A stretch of DNA of 64,000 bases from Camelus dromedarius (taxonomy: Eukaryota): contig NC_087437.1 in NCBI RefSeq assembly GCF_036321535.1, positions 68,016,001 to 68,080,000 of the forward strand. The letters run 5' to 3'. The position numbers and the translations under genes are program-made. Shown here piece by piece: positions 23,678-36,194 of this stretch (the stretch's first letter is position 1; every line of letters starts with the position of its first letter). The notes beneath the pieces are model-generated. The model worked only from the letters and a program-made list of their open reading frames with translations. It ran no database searches and was not told the origin of the DNA.

Positions 23678-26600
23678 GTAACAGGACTTAGAATCATACT
23701 GATTTCACCTTTCAGATACTAATATTTCAAATTATTCTGGGGATTTTGTAGTGCCACTAAGTCAACAGGCATATGTTCTGTGTGCCGTGGTTGGCCACAG
23801 TTGGTTTTGAGGTGGAAAGTGATACAGACCTTAAGAAAAGCATTATCAAAACAATCTACTCATTCTGATAAGGTGACGGTATCATTAAGGTAGAACAAAT
23901 AATATATGTAATGTATGTTTGATAATTTGGATTCTTTATAACATGTGTTTCAACACTGATGTGATCAGCTGATGTTTCCTGAGTACCTGTTACATGAAAA
24001 GCAGCATGTTGGATACTAGACTGCTTTAGGAAATTAGTTGGAGTGGAGGATCTTCTTCTCTTTTCCCTCACTCTAATTCATTAATTAGTTATTTTTAATC
24101 ACAGTGAACAAACATTCAGAAATGAGAGACAATTCAGCCACAAGGGTCTTTTCAGCAAAATGCCTTTTACTCTCTATTCAAGATAAGATTAAATAATAAT
24201 CTGATTATTCCTGTGCTGGTTTCTCAACACTTTGTACAGTTACTTCCTTTCGTTTCCTAAGCCCAAGCAATAGTCGCCCCCTACCCTGCTCCTAGGAGAT
24301 GTGGACAAGAAATGGTTCCTATGCATCACACTTCATAAACAGACTCTCTCCTGCCCCAAGAGGCATGGTTGCCTGACTGCTGCTTCTCCAGCTTAGATTA
24401 GTTCCCCTGATCACAGTAAATGGGTGTTTTTTGAGGCATTTGAGGCATGCAGGGGATGCCTGTGTCTATTCTCTAAAAAGAATGTTACAAATAACAAGCT
24501 GGTACAGAGGTACATAGGACAGATGTCATCTTTCCTTTATACCCCAGAGGGGACAGGTATTAACCTGGCATCTGCTATCAGTACTGGGATGGAGAGACAC
24601 TATGGAAGGAGAGAGCAGATAGAAAAACAAATACAACATAACCAGAAAAATGAACTCAAAGAGGAAGCGGGAAACATGAGTAGAAGTTAGTCAACCAGTG
24701 GGGAACCTTTCAGAGGGAAATGGGCAGAGAGAATACAAGGAAGGTATTTTGAGGAACTAATAAAGGTCCTATGGCCACAGTGCACACATGGAGAGCGGTA
24801 GGCACAGGGAAGGTGTGAGAACACTGTTAGCTCTGGGAAGAAAGCTAGGTCCAGACCACAGAAGCCTGATCAGTATGTTGATCTAGTTTTAGGGAATCAC
24901 AGAAGAACTTAAAGCCAATAATGTATTAAGATACAAATCATGTACATAAACATAGGCATTTTACTTTTTCACGGCAGGTATACAGAATATTTCTTTTGAT
25001 TCATCTCTTCCCCCATTTTGTTTGAACCACACCAGCAATTTTTATCTCATCTCTAATATTCTCTACATCAAAGCTGGGATTTATTCTTGTAAATCAATGC
25101 AGAAGGGAAGGCAAACCCTGGGATTTCCTGGTACCCTTACCTCAGAGCTTGTGCTGGACAGAGCCAGTAGTCATGCAACCAACATCATTGTCATTTCTGT
25201 GATTCTAGGTAGACTTTCTAGCATAAGTCTAGGTGAATTTGTTATTTGAAACAAAGTCAGAGCAGACACTGAGCCTTGCCTGGTCTTACAATAAAAGAGG
25301 ACTAGCTGGGACAGGATTTTGGGAGGTCAGAAGGGTGGGGTGGAGAATGATAGAATCTTTGTATCTATGCTATTTGTAATGAAAATATTAACATGACTCT
25401 TGAAAGAATTCTGTTAGAAATACAGTATCCTGCCCATGGTTTGAAGTTTATTCTTAGTACTGTTATGAAAAAAAACCTGACAGTAATTCATGTTACCTAA
25501 ACTCTTGGAGATTTCAGAAGGAATGTAAGAATGCAATCTTGAAGCCCTATCTCTTAAGTAATGGTTTTGTCAGCTCACAGGAGATAAGTAGTGTAGAGGA
25601 TAAGAGAAAAGAGTACAAATAAGAAAAATCTTCAAATTTGTACTTCAAGTAGAAATAAAAAAATAATCTAGGTGATAATCTTCTCAACTCAAGAATTCAC
25701 TTCTGCAGTCATGGTGGTATTCCTCTTAACTCTTCTTGATCTCTGAAGTTGGTCCACAGGACTGTGGCCGTGTCAGAAGATACCTAAATATGTAGTTGGC
25801 CTGATTCGTGGTGGCTTATCTGTCTCATCATGCCATGTGTAGGGAATCCTGACATAAGGGTCGAGTAATTTTGCATGTCGTTGAGACAGCCCTCATTGGT
25901 TTAGACCCATTGAAAGTTAAGGTTTCATAAACAGTGCTCTCATGTGGAGATCTCTTTGTAACCTTGGCCACTTTCTCTTTCGTTTCCTTTCTAGAATTTC
26001 CCCAGTTTCCTCAGAGAATTGTTCTGCCAAAGACCCAGACAACCTCTGTCTCTTAGGCTCTGGCACTACTGAAGGATGCAGCAGAAGGAACCTAGTACAG
26101 ACAATGAATACAAAAAGAACCCCTCCTCCTCCAGCCAAATGTGAAATGAAACATAACGCATGAGGCACACGAGCAGAGTACTTCTTACTTGGTGTAAATG
26201 TGGGGGGCATTGTAAGGGAAGGAGGGAGGAAAAGGAGCTAAACAGCAGTGAAGCAAAAGGAAAAGAGTGGAGGAGAGGAGGGGAGATCGCCTTCAGAGAA
26301 CAATAAGGGATGTTCCCCCTCGTGGTTATGAAAGTGAGTTTATCGCTGCTCCGGAAGGATCTTGTCTTTGGTGATTACATGTAACGCGGATTTATCAAGA
26401 GTAGTTTCATCTTTGCCATGTTTTTACTGGAGAGAATCAGATTATCATAAAAAGTTTTTACATTATGAATTTAAAGGGAACGGACACTTTTGCCTTAATA
26501 GCCTGTGGTCTTAAAAGGGCAAATGGGCATTTAAATTACAATAGGCCCAGATAATAAGAAATGATTTTACTTTGGGGGCTGTGACTTTGCTTACGTTTTG

Positions 26601-28689
26601 TTTTAGTCGTAAGCTTCCTGGTAGGCATGGGAATGGAGAACCTTAAAACGCTGTACCTTGACCCTGAAGCACAGGTGACTTTATTTCATGAAATAGGCCA
26701 AACTGGAATGACCCCAGCCTGGATTTTGTTGCGCCCATGGAGGTGATGTGGGTTCCGGTAAAGGATACCCCAAGTATGGGTCATGGGGACTAGTTCAGGC
26801 CCTCAGATAATGTATGCAAGAGCATAGACTGAAAAGCAGAAGGAAGAACGTGCATGAGGGCGAAAGACAAAACCAGCCTTTCCTTAGATGGTTAGGCAGC
26901 TGGGGATCTCAGAGAGGAATGATGGCATTAGGGAGGACTATGAGTGTGGGGGACGCTCCAGTCTCAGTTTGCGTTTGGAATTCCATTTTAGGAAGGAGAG
27001 CTGAAGTTCCTAGAAGACAAGAAGGAGTTGGGCTCTCAAGACAGAATTTCTATCCAAGATCATTTGGCAAAAATAGAGTTGGAACCAGGACTTTCTGACT
27101 CCTCGTCCAGTGCTCTTCCAGTCTTTCAGGCTGTGCTTGGCTGTTGGGCAGCAGGACGCATGGGTCCTATGGGCTTCCACTGTAGTAGTTTAGCTGTTCG
27201 TTCTGTGCATCCTACATGCCTACTGCCACGATCCCTACCCCACCACACTTGGCCGTGTATATGTAGCTCTCATGATGCCAGAGGGCTCCTGGTTGATAGG
27301 AAGCTGATACTCCCTCAGAGACCCTTCTGCTCACTTGGCACAGCTCAAATCACATCTCTTGGCTTTTGCACACTGATCCGTTCTGCTCAAATGTGTTAGC
27401 TTGCCAGTTGGTGGGCTTCCGTTAAACCCATGCTGTGGATATTGCCCATCTCATGTTCTTCTGGGTAGACTGATTCTGCCTTTGGCTCTGCCTGGACTGG
27501 CTTGCCTTGCTGCCAGTGGGCTGGACTGACCTGATTTAGATGTTTTCCATTGAGCCGTCCCCTGCTTGGCTGGCAGTGTATTGCCGGTGCCAGTGGGCAG
27601 GTTTCTTCCAAGGGAGCTACTGCCACCTTGGGCTCCATCTTCCACTTGTGCTGCCTGTCTCATTGCTTTCACCATCCTACTTGGCCAGCCTTACCCCCAG
27701 CACTCAATTGTTTCTGTATTGTGGCTGGCCCTCTCTTCTTCCACTGTCTGCCTCCTGGTAACTTTAACTTATCTGATCCTGGTGTCCACATCTTTCATGT
27801 GTAATGTGTTCTTTAGAGCACGTTAAATTCAATTTGACTTATGGTGGCTGAGAACATTACACACTGTTACCTGGAATGCACCTTATGTATAAATGGTTAT
27901 TGTTAAAAATAGATTTTCACCGTTACTCAGATACCCCCCTTCCCAGCACTCTCAACCAAGAAGTCAGTTCATATCTGTGAATCACCTGCTAATTTTCCAG
28001 GTTCTGATCTCTCTTTACTCTACAACCTGTTAGTTATGAGAATCTCTTGGAGACTATTGGACTGTTCGTCTCAGGAGAAACTTGACAGAAAATCCAGTCT
28101 ATCTTTTTTTCTTTTAGACGTGGCAGCCTCACAATTATTCCAGACAAATGAGTCTCTGATTTCTAATGGCCTCAGGAAGAAGCTCTTGGGAACTTATTCT
28201 AGTATTTAACAACCTTCTCTGTTAGGTATATGTCAAAAGCAATGCAATGTCTTGGGCTCTTTTTTATCCCTTTATAAAGTCTCTTGCCTTTCTTTGAGCC
28301 ATCAGCACATAAATAACAGGTTTAAATTTTTTTTTAAATGACTCATTAAAGTAAGATAAAACAAGTACTAAGTGCTGACATGTTGTTTCTTATTTTATCA
28401 TCACTACATGGTTCAAATTCCTTTCAGTTTCCGCCTTTATGGATTTGGTTGATAAGCTCTCTAACTTGTAATGTAGAGACTGGTTTGGCATACAAGTAAG
28501 AGGAAAGTCCTCAACAGGCTCAGGGCACTTAGGGGAAAAAATATTAAACAAAAATCAACCAGCCAGCAAAAAATGTAGGGCCCAGCCACTTGGAAGACTT
28601 GTGTTGAGATATAAGGTCACTCCCTTGGATCATGGCACTTCTGTACTTAAAGCCACCTGTGGTTTCCGAGTGATGCTCCTCTGACATCC

Positions 28690-29150
28690 AGTGTTAATAG
28701 GCACAGTCATGGAGCTCTGAAGGATTCGGATCCCTACCTCCATCGCAAATCTAACTTTTCTTCTCTGCTATTCTGCTTCTGTAACTGGGCTGCTTTCAGG
28801 TCCTCAAATACTTTTAGTAATTTTCTGCCTCAAGCCTTTCATAGGCTGCTCCTTCTACCTGAAACGTTTTCCATCTCCCTTCACAAAACTGATTCTGTCT
28901 CATCTTGTTGGTTTTCAGGTGAAATGTCATATGGGGTGCCTCCATGACCATCCCCTCTCATATTTTCTTTGTTGCATGGCTCTCCCCACAACCCTTAATG
29001 GCATCTTAAATTTGTATTTGAAAACTTGTTCGTTTATATACTTATGGTCTCTTGGCCCACCGTAACATGACCTCCATTAGGAACAGGGACCTTTATTACT
29101 AAGCCAATGATTGATTCATAATAGGCATTTAATAAATACTTATGGAATGA
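28690..29150 (+). mobile_element. L2 LINE 3' fragment
   Basis: TGCCTCAAGCCTTTC...GCTCCTTCTACCTGAAA...CTCCATTAGGAACAGGGACC...AATAAATACTTATGGAATGAA. Confidence 0.75.
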
Positions 29151-30282
29151 ACATCTTAAATAGAATAATCAATCTGTTGGCTGTGAGAGGAGGAGGCTCT
29201 GAGTTCCTGGCATTTCCACGGTATTGGAACGGTACTATCTAAGAGTCTGCTCCTACATTTGCTGCCTATCTTTCCTAGCCATGCAGAAAAGTAGAGGAGC
29301 TAGAAGCCAAGTCTAAGCTGCCAAGATCTGAAGCAGCTTGTCCTGGAGCTGATCATTGCTTCACATGCTTTAGGCTTTAGTTAATTTAGTGCTAGTTAAG
29401 CTGGCACCCTGCCTCCACTACAAGTAAGAATAAGATAAAAAGATGCAAGTAGATTAAGATAAAAGAAGATAAAGGGGAAATGATAATGAAATCAACCAGA
29501 TTGGTTGGATCCTCAGTCACCTGCCCTTTTCTTTACATACCTTTTCCTTTCACTCTCAGATCACTAAATGCTTTCTTTCTGATGCTACCCAAAACCTCAC
29601 CTCTAGTTCCATTACTTCTTATTAACTGCAGATACAGATCTTTAGAGTCTGGCTGAACATTACCAGCTTGGCATCCTTTTACTGATGTAAATTTAACGTG
29701 TCTGTAACTAAACTCAGTAACTTTATTTAATAATACTTACTGAATCCCTCTAATGTGGCAGCCACTACTCTGGGTACTCAGTTGCAGTGAACAAACATCC
29801 ATTCTAGTGAGGATGACTGATAATAAACAATGCTCTTGTTATCATAAATGCTACGAAAATGTCATGTGCTATGAAAAGCTGTGACTGGGTGTCCTAAATT
29901 AGTTTGGGAAGTTTTAGAATTCTTTGGTAGGGAAGTGAGATCTGAAGGATGAGTAAAATTAGACAAGAAGACAGAGGAGAGGAAGCATATAATAGGCAGG
30001 AAAGTAAAGACCTGAAAGGGGAAAGTGTTGTTGTGTTCAAATAAATGAGAGGAGTGCTATGTGTCGGGATGGTGCTGAGACAGGTAGTGTCCCTTACATA
30101 TTTTACTTTCCCACTGTTCTCTTATTTACAATTTGTTCATCTACCTGGTCCCCCATAGCCAGTTACCAAGACCAAACACATCTGCCCTCTGTTTGCATGG
30201 CCATTACTGTTGCCAATAAACGGACAAATCCTGCGAACTACATCTCTTTTTCTTCAAAATATGGAAACATTTCATTTAAAAA

Positions 30283-30640
30283 TATATCACTTATTGTGAA
30301 ATCTTTAAAAAAAAACAAGACAAATGAACTTATATACAATACAGGAACAGACTGACAGACATAGAAAACATTTATGGTTACTGGTCGGGGGAAGGGGATG
30401 GGAAGGGATAAATTGGGATTTTAAGATTTGCAGATACTGACTACTGTATGTAAAACAGATAAACAAGTTTATGCTGCGTAGCACAGGGAACTATATTAAA
30501 TATTTTGTAGTAACCTATAATGGAAAAGAATATATGCATGTACATGTATAACTGAACTATTATGCTGCATACCAGAAATTGACACAACATTGTAAACGGA
30601 CGATACTTCAATTTAAAAAAAAAAAAAGAAAAAAAAATAA
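30283..30640 (+). mobile_element. 5'-truncated young L1 3' UTR with poly(A)
   Basis: GACAAATGAACTTAT...TAGCACAGGGAACTATATT...AGAAATTGACACAACATTGTAAAC then A-tail; cetartiodactyl/camelid-type L1 end. Confidence 0.9.
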
Positions 30641-31214
30641 TGATTTTGAAAATATACAAACAATTCACCTTCACTGTAAGACAGCTGGGAAAAACAAGTA
30701 AGTAAAACTGAAAAATTACTTCCCCTCTCCCTCTGTCTCTGCCTATTCCATGAAAACCTCTGTTAAACTATTTCTTGTCCATTTTTTCCCATTACACACA
30801 GTAGGATACACACACAGAATCTTACATACTTTTGTAACCTCTCTTTTACATTTAAAATTTCTATAAGTGACGTAGTTTCTACAACTTATACAATTATACC
30901 CTTATTCCTCAAGATTTTATTATGAAATTTTCCAACATACAAAAAATTTGAAAAAGTTGAAAAAACTGTAAACACTCATGTTCTCATTACCTGTATTCTG
31001 TAATTAACATTTTGCAAAATTGCTTTATCACTTCTGCATTTATTCATTCCTCTGTCTATGCATCAATTTCTGGTGTGTCATCTAATATAATTTCAAATAA
31101 GTTGCAGTTACTTTTATTGAGTTGTACATGTTCTTTTTGTATCCTGGTTGCCAATCCTTTGTCAGATATATGCTATGTGAATATTTCCTTCCAGTCCATG
31201 GTCTGCCTATTGTA

Positions 31215-31605
31215 TTTTTTTCTTTTTTTTTTAATGTATTTTTATTGAATTATAGCCAGTTTACAATGTTGTGTCAATTTCTAGTGTTTAGTACTGTACT
31301 TCAGTCATATAGGAACATACATCTATTTGTTTTCATATTCTTTTTAACTATAAGTTATTACAAGATATTGAATATAGTTCCCTGTGCTATACAGTATAAA
31401 CTTGTTGTTTATCTATTTTGTATGTAGTAGTTATTAGATGCAAATCTCTAACTCCCAATTTATCCTTTCCCACCCCCTTCCCCCTCCTGGTAACCATAAG
31501 TTTGTTTTCTATGTCTGTGAGTCCGTTTCTGTTTTGTAAATAAGTTTGTCTTTTTTTTTTAGATTCCACATATAAGTGATATCATATGGTATTTTTCTTT
31601 CTCTT
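31215..31605 (-). mobile_element. 5'-truncated young L1 3' UTR inserted in an older L1M fragment
   Basis: Poly(T) then GTTTACAATGTTGTGTCAATTTCT...TAGATTCCACATATAAGTGATATCATATGG; old L1M-like sequence continues on both sides (~31110-31214 and ~31606-31700). Confidence 0.9.
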
Positions 31606-31741
31606 TGTCTTTTGATGAACATAGTTTCTAATTTTGATGAAGTTTACCATGTTATTTTTCTTTAACAGTTATTGCTTTCTGCATCCTGTTTAAAAATTTT
31701 GTTTACAGCCAAATACAGTATTTTATACTTATTCCTATTAC

Positions 31742-31865
31742 GTTTAATCTTGTTGGTTTCAGCCAAGTATTCCAGCCTGTCAAGATTATTTTGAGTCTAG
31801 CTCCCATCTTCTGGTATACTAGATATTGCTTTCAGCTTTGTGCCAGCTGCAAATTTGACAAGGTA
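31742..31865 (-). mobile_element. L3/CR1 LINE fragment
   Basis: ATCTTGTTGGTTTCAGCC...TTCCAGCCTGTCAAGAT...CAGCTTTGTGCCAGCTGCAAATTTGA resembles antisense CR1 reverse-transcriptase sequence. Confidence 0.6.
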
Positions 31866-32319
31866 TTGAATATTGAATGGGAAAAGAACTTTTTTCAAGT
31901 GCAATTAGAATCAAGGATCACATTTCACCAACTTATTTTTAGGATATCAAAGGAGACAAAGTAAAATTTACCGCTGAAATCAGTAACACAGGATTCTTTG
32001 TGGCAGTGCCCTGTTTTACTACTCAAGCATTCTATTTCTGAGCTTTGACATTACTTTATTGAGTTACCTATTGACACCTGGTGGTTACTGATTTCTAAAC
32101 GTAACGTATGCTTCATCAGAGTAGATACATAGATGCATTAATTAATGTTGAATTCACTAACAAGCACATATTCAAAAATCATTATTTAATGACTTCCTAG
32201 AATTTTGCCAGAAATTGTCTTTTTTTGGCCTGAACTTAAGAAATTTACCACTTTATCCTGACATCTGGGACATTTGCTGGCTCTAGTGTTTTATTAATTA
32301 GCTTTCTTGCATTCCATTA

Positions 32320-33170
32320 TTTTTTCTCTGCTTTATTGAGGTATAACTGATAAATAAAATTATAAGATTTAAAGTATACAATATGATGATGATTTAATAT
32401 ATGTATATACATTGTGAAAGGATTTTGCCCCATTAAGTTAATTAACCCATCCATCAGCTCACACGTTTGCCTTTTTTGTGTTAGAATATTTAATTTCTAT
32501 TCTCTTAGCAAGTTTCTCAAACTAAGAATTGTCTACCTGATGTTAATGACTTGCACATGACTGTTGGACATGGCATTATTGAGATGCCTGTTTATGGCAC
32601 AGAGTTTGCAAATATCAGTTTTCCTCTCCTGTACACATTTGTTTAGTAGTTTTGTTAAGAAAAGGAAAGGGACTGGGAAAATTTTTTCAATTTTACAATA
32701 CAATGTTATCAGCTGTAATCACCATGTTATACATTAAATCCTCAGACCTTATTCATCTTAAAACTGAAACTTTGCATCCTTTTACCAACCTTTCCCTATT
32801 TTTCCAGGCAACCTTACTCTGTTTCCATAAATGAGCCATTTATATAGATTCTGCATATAACTGATACCATATGGTGTTTGTCTTTCTCTATCTGGCTTAT
32901 TTCACTTAGCGTAATGCCCTCTTGATTTATCTGTGTTGTTGCAAGAGATAAGATTTCCTTCTTTCTTAAAGCTGAGTGACAATACCTCATTGTCTGTATA
33001 TGGATACACCATATTTTCTTGATCTGTTCATCTGCTGATAGACGGTTTGTTCCAAACTTTGGCAATTTTGAATAATGCTGCAATGAATATGGGCATACAG
33101 ATACCACTTGGAGTTAATGATTTCATTTCTTTTGGATATATACTCAAAAGTGGGATTGCTAGATAATATC
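32320..33170 (-). mobile_element. Older L1 (L1MA-like) 3' end plus ORF2 C-terminal remnant, interrupted at ~32517-32686
   Basis: TTTATTGAGGTATAACTGA...; ORF 32814-33107 gives a degenerate ORF2 end (ITLSEISQIEKDKHHM). Confidence 0.85.
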
Positions 33171-33699
33171 CAACTTGCCCATGTAATCTAAAACTCATTA
33201 TCAGTATACTTGCATATAACTTTTCTGATATATAAATATTCTGATAATGAATATTAGATTATATGGCAGGTATCTTTAGAACTTTAAATTTCATTTGCAT
33301 TGATATGAAGATCTGAATTTGTTTAAGGGAGCTAAATTTATCCAGCCTAACCTGGACAGGTTGTTTGCTAGGTACTACAGAGACACCGGTTTAAAAAAAT
33401 AATGTTCTGCACAGTTTTCTGACTTCTTCCATACTAAGGAATGCCCCATGAATAATTGAGAGCTGAATTGAGACATGACAGCCTTGTCTTCCTATCTGGT
33501 GTGCTTTACTCTCTCTCATCCCTCTATACAAGATGCATTTAAATGGAAATAATCACTAAAAACCCTAGTTTTTAAATACAAATACTTTTGTAGCGAGTAA
33601 TCTATAAGTAAAGATTACTTCTTGAATGGAAAGAAAAATTACTGTAAAATATTTATAAAATTAATAGCAAACGTAAGATTATTAGACCCTGAGGAACTA

Positions 33700-34660
33700 T
33701 CAAATTTGCTGACAATTTTGGAAAAGAGAAGTCTGAATTGATGGAGGTAGGGGAAACCCATGACCAGGTTTGTTTGGTTTAGAGGAATGATGAGGGCATT
33801 GTGGGCGGGAGAGAGAGCTGAGTAGACACTGGTGGGTAGGAATGAGCTTGACCTATGAGCAGACTAATAGAGAAAAACCCATCTTCTTTTTGAGCCTTTG
33901 GAAATAAGACTGCAAGACTCCAAATGGGACCTAAAGGACCAAGATGAGGACTTTGTATTTGGTCTCAGAAACAAAATGAAGTACCACAAATCCTTGTTTA
34001 AGGAAGTGACTTAATATAATCAAAATACTTAAAAGTATATTGGTGCTTTTTAATGAAGGTACTGTAGAAGTGATGCAGAAAAGACACTGCTAGGAGTAGC
34101 TATGAACTAGTAACATAACATTGGAGATAATTAGATCAGAAGACATAGGACATGAAGAGAAATTATGGAGAAACAGTAGACTAGATATTGGGGTGATAGG
34201 GAGAAAGAGACACAGGTTTCTCTTTAACTTTAACTTCAATGAACTAGAATAATTTCCCCATTGGCCAGAATGGGATCATTTTGGGAAGCAAGTTGAAGTG
34301 GTTTTAAATATGAGATTGAGGTGATAATAAATTACCAAGGAAGAGATATCTGGTAGGTTTGGGGACCTTGTGCTGGAGAGAAAGATTTGAAGGTCATTTG
34401 CTAAAGAGCAGTGTGAACAAAGAAAACATATATGAGTCCTTTCAGAGAACGCAGTGAAAGGGTGCTGGATGATTATACCCCAGGGGAAGACCACAGCTGA
34501 TGTCAGGAAGAACTGGAGTTCGAGAGAGGGATGCACGACCTGAAAGAACAAGATTGGTACAGTAATGGAAAAACCGAAGAAAGAGGCTGGTCAGAAAATG
34601 TGGCAGAACATTTAAAGAGGATGAGAGAAAGCCACTGGATGTAGTGAAAAGATGATCATG
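33700..34660 (-). mobile_element. Degenerate L2 fragments
   Basis: Purine-rich antisense L2-like blocks (GAGGACTTTGTATTTG..., TGAGATTGAGGTG..., CCACTGGAT). Confidence 0.5.
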
Positions 34661-35544
34661 TCCTTTTGATAAATAAGGAAGCTGAAGCTCCCAGATAAAG
34701 CTAATCTAACCCTCCTCCTGGGATTATGTCAAAGAGGCCTGTAGATGAGTTGTTCCCAAATACAAGTTTGTGATAATATTTTCACTCGTCAACGGCAGAA
34801 GGGTAACTATAAGGACAGCGCAGTCACATATGGTCGTGTAAAATATATTCTGTCCTGCGTCCCTTTTTGATTTACCATTTGCCTTCTATTATTATGAAAT
34901 TTTTGAAACCATAGATGACGACTGATCTATATTCAGTTGGAAAAATAAATGATAGCCGCATCATTTTTGCTCTCCCTGTTCTTATTAAGGCGAGGTCTGG
35001 TATAGTGATACGATAACGTATTTACTTTCCCTGGGCTTGTTCCCTAGAACGTGAAGTGGGGTATTTCTACATAGGGGCTTCCTTCTGTGCTCACAAACTA
35101 TTGGCATTCAGAGGGCGGGATGAGTAATAGTTTATTCCACTTGAGTTGTTGAAAGATGCTCACATTAATACAAAAACACCATATCCTGACAGTTTTAAAG
35201 CCCAACTGTAAGTTCAGAGCCCTGTCTGTCACTTATCTTAAGCTTCTGTGAAAAATAAAGATCAAATATCTCTGAAGCAGTGTTTAGTGTCATAGCTATT
35301 TCTGCAGGACACGGATTTTTTTCCCCACCCCCTAAATCCCTTGCACTGTATTATCATCTGAGTCTCCATCGTGTGATTTTCTTCAGGTTTTTGGATATGT
35401 ATGTGCAGGCAGATTGGCTGTGGTGAAGAATACATCTTTTTGGCTGGAGCCTCAAGAAATAGCTTTCAGTCATAGATTCTGTCACCTCTTTGGTGCTGTG
35501 ACACTTTATAAGTCATCTTCTGTGCCTTTAAAACAATGACTTTA

Positions 35545-35810
35545 GTAATAATAATACCTAAAATAGCTAACACTCCTCTTTTTGCCTTATGCCAGATTCT
35601 GTTCCAGTGTTCTACGTAGATCAAATCCTTTTCTCTTCAGTAACCTTGCAAGCTGGGTTCTGTACTTATCCTCAATTTACAGATAGGGATGGTAAGCCTC
35701 AGATTGGTTAAACAGCTTGCTTGTCAGCACAGCTAGCGAACTCCAGTGGAAGGTTTTAAACCAAGAGTCTGGCTGCACATGTCGTATTTTTCACCCTCAC
35801 AATTCGCTGC
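35545..35810 (-). mobile_element. MIR SINE
   Basis: ATAGCTAACACT...TATGCCAG...TTATCCTCAATTTACAGATAGG...AGTCTGGCT. Confidence 0.7.
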
Positions 35811-36194
35811 CTCAAGAGGGAAAAAAGTGTATGAAAACATAAGCTTACCTTAGGGTGTATTCTTATTCCAACTCTGCTGTAACAGTCAAGACATCTCCAG
35901 AATTCTCTTTTCAGAATCTCTTGTAGACACATTTATTTTTAGTATGTTCAGTGGTGTTAAAACTGTGTTTGGGGGTGGGTAAAGTTAACATTTGGAAATG
36001 ATCAGTGTCAAACTGACAAGAAGCATTTCTGTCAGGGCATTCTAAAAATGTGTTTGCCTGTGGAAGGTAATATTCGAAGTAAAGATAGAACCTCATAAAC
36101 TTGAAAAGGAAAGTGCTCGTTGAACATTTCCTCTGTTAGAGAATCTGGCACACTGATTGGTCATGTGATGCTGGATCCCTCCCAGCTTGTTCTT

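Noticed and set aside
34788..34812. Resemblance to the large-subunit rRNA motif GTAAACGGCGGGAGTAACTATGAC
   Set aside because: Short, gapped and not extendable on either side; consistent with chance.
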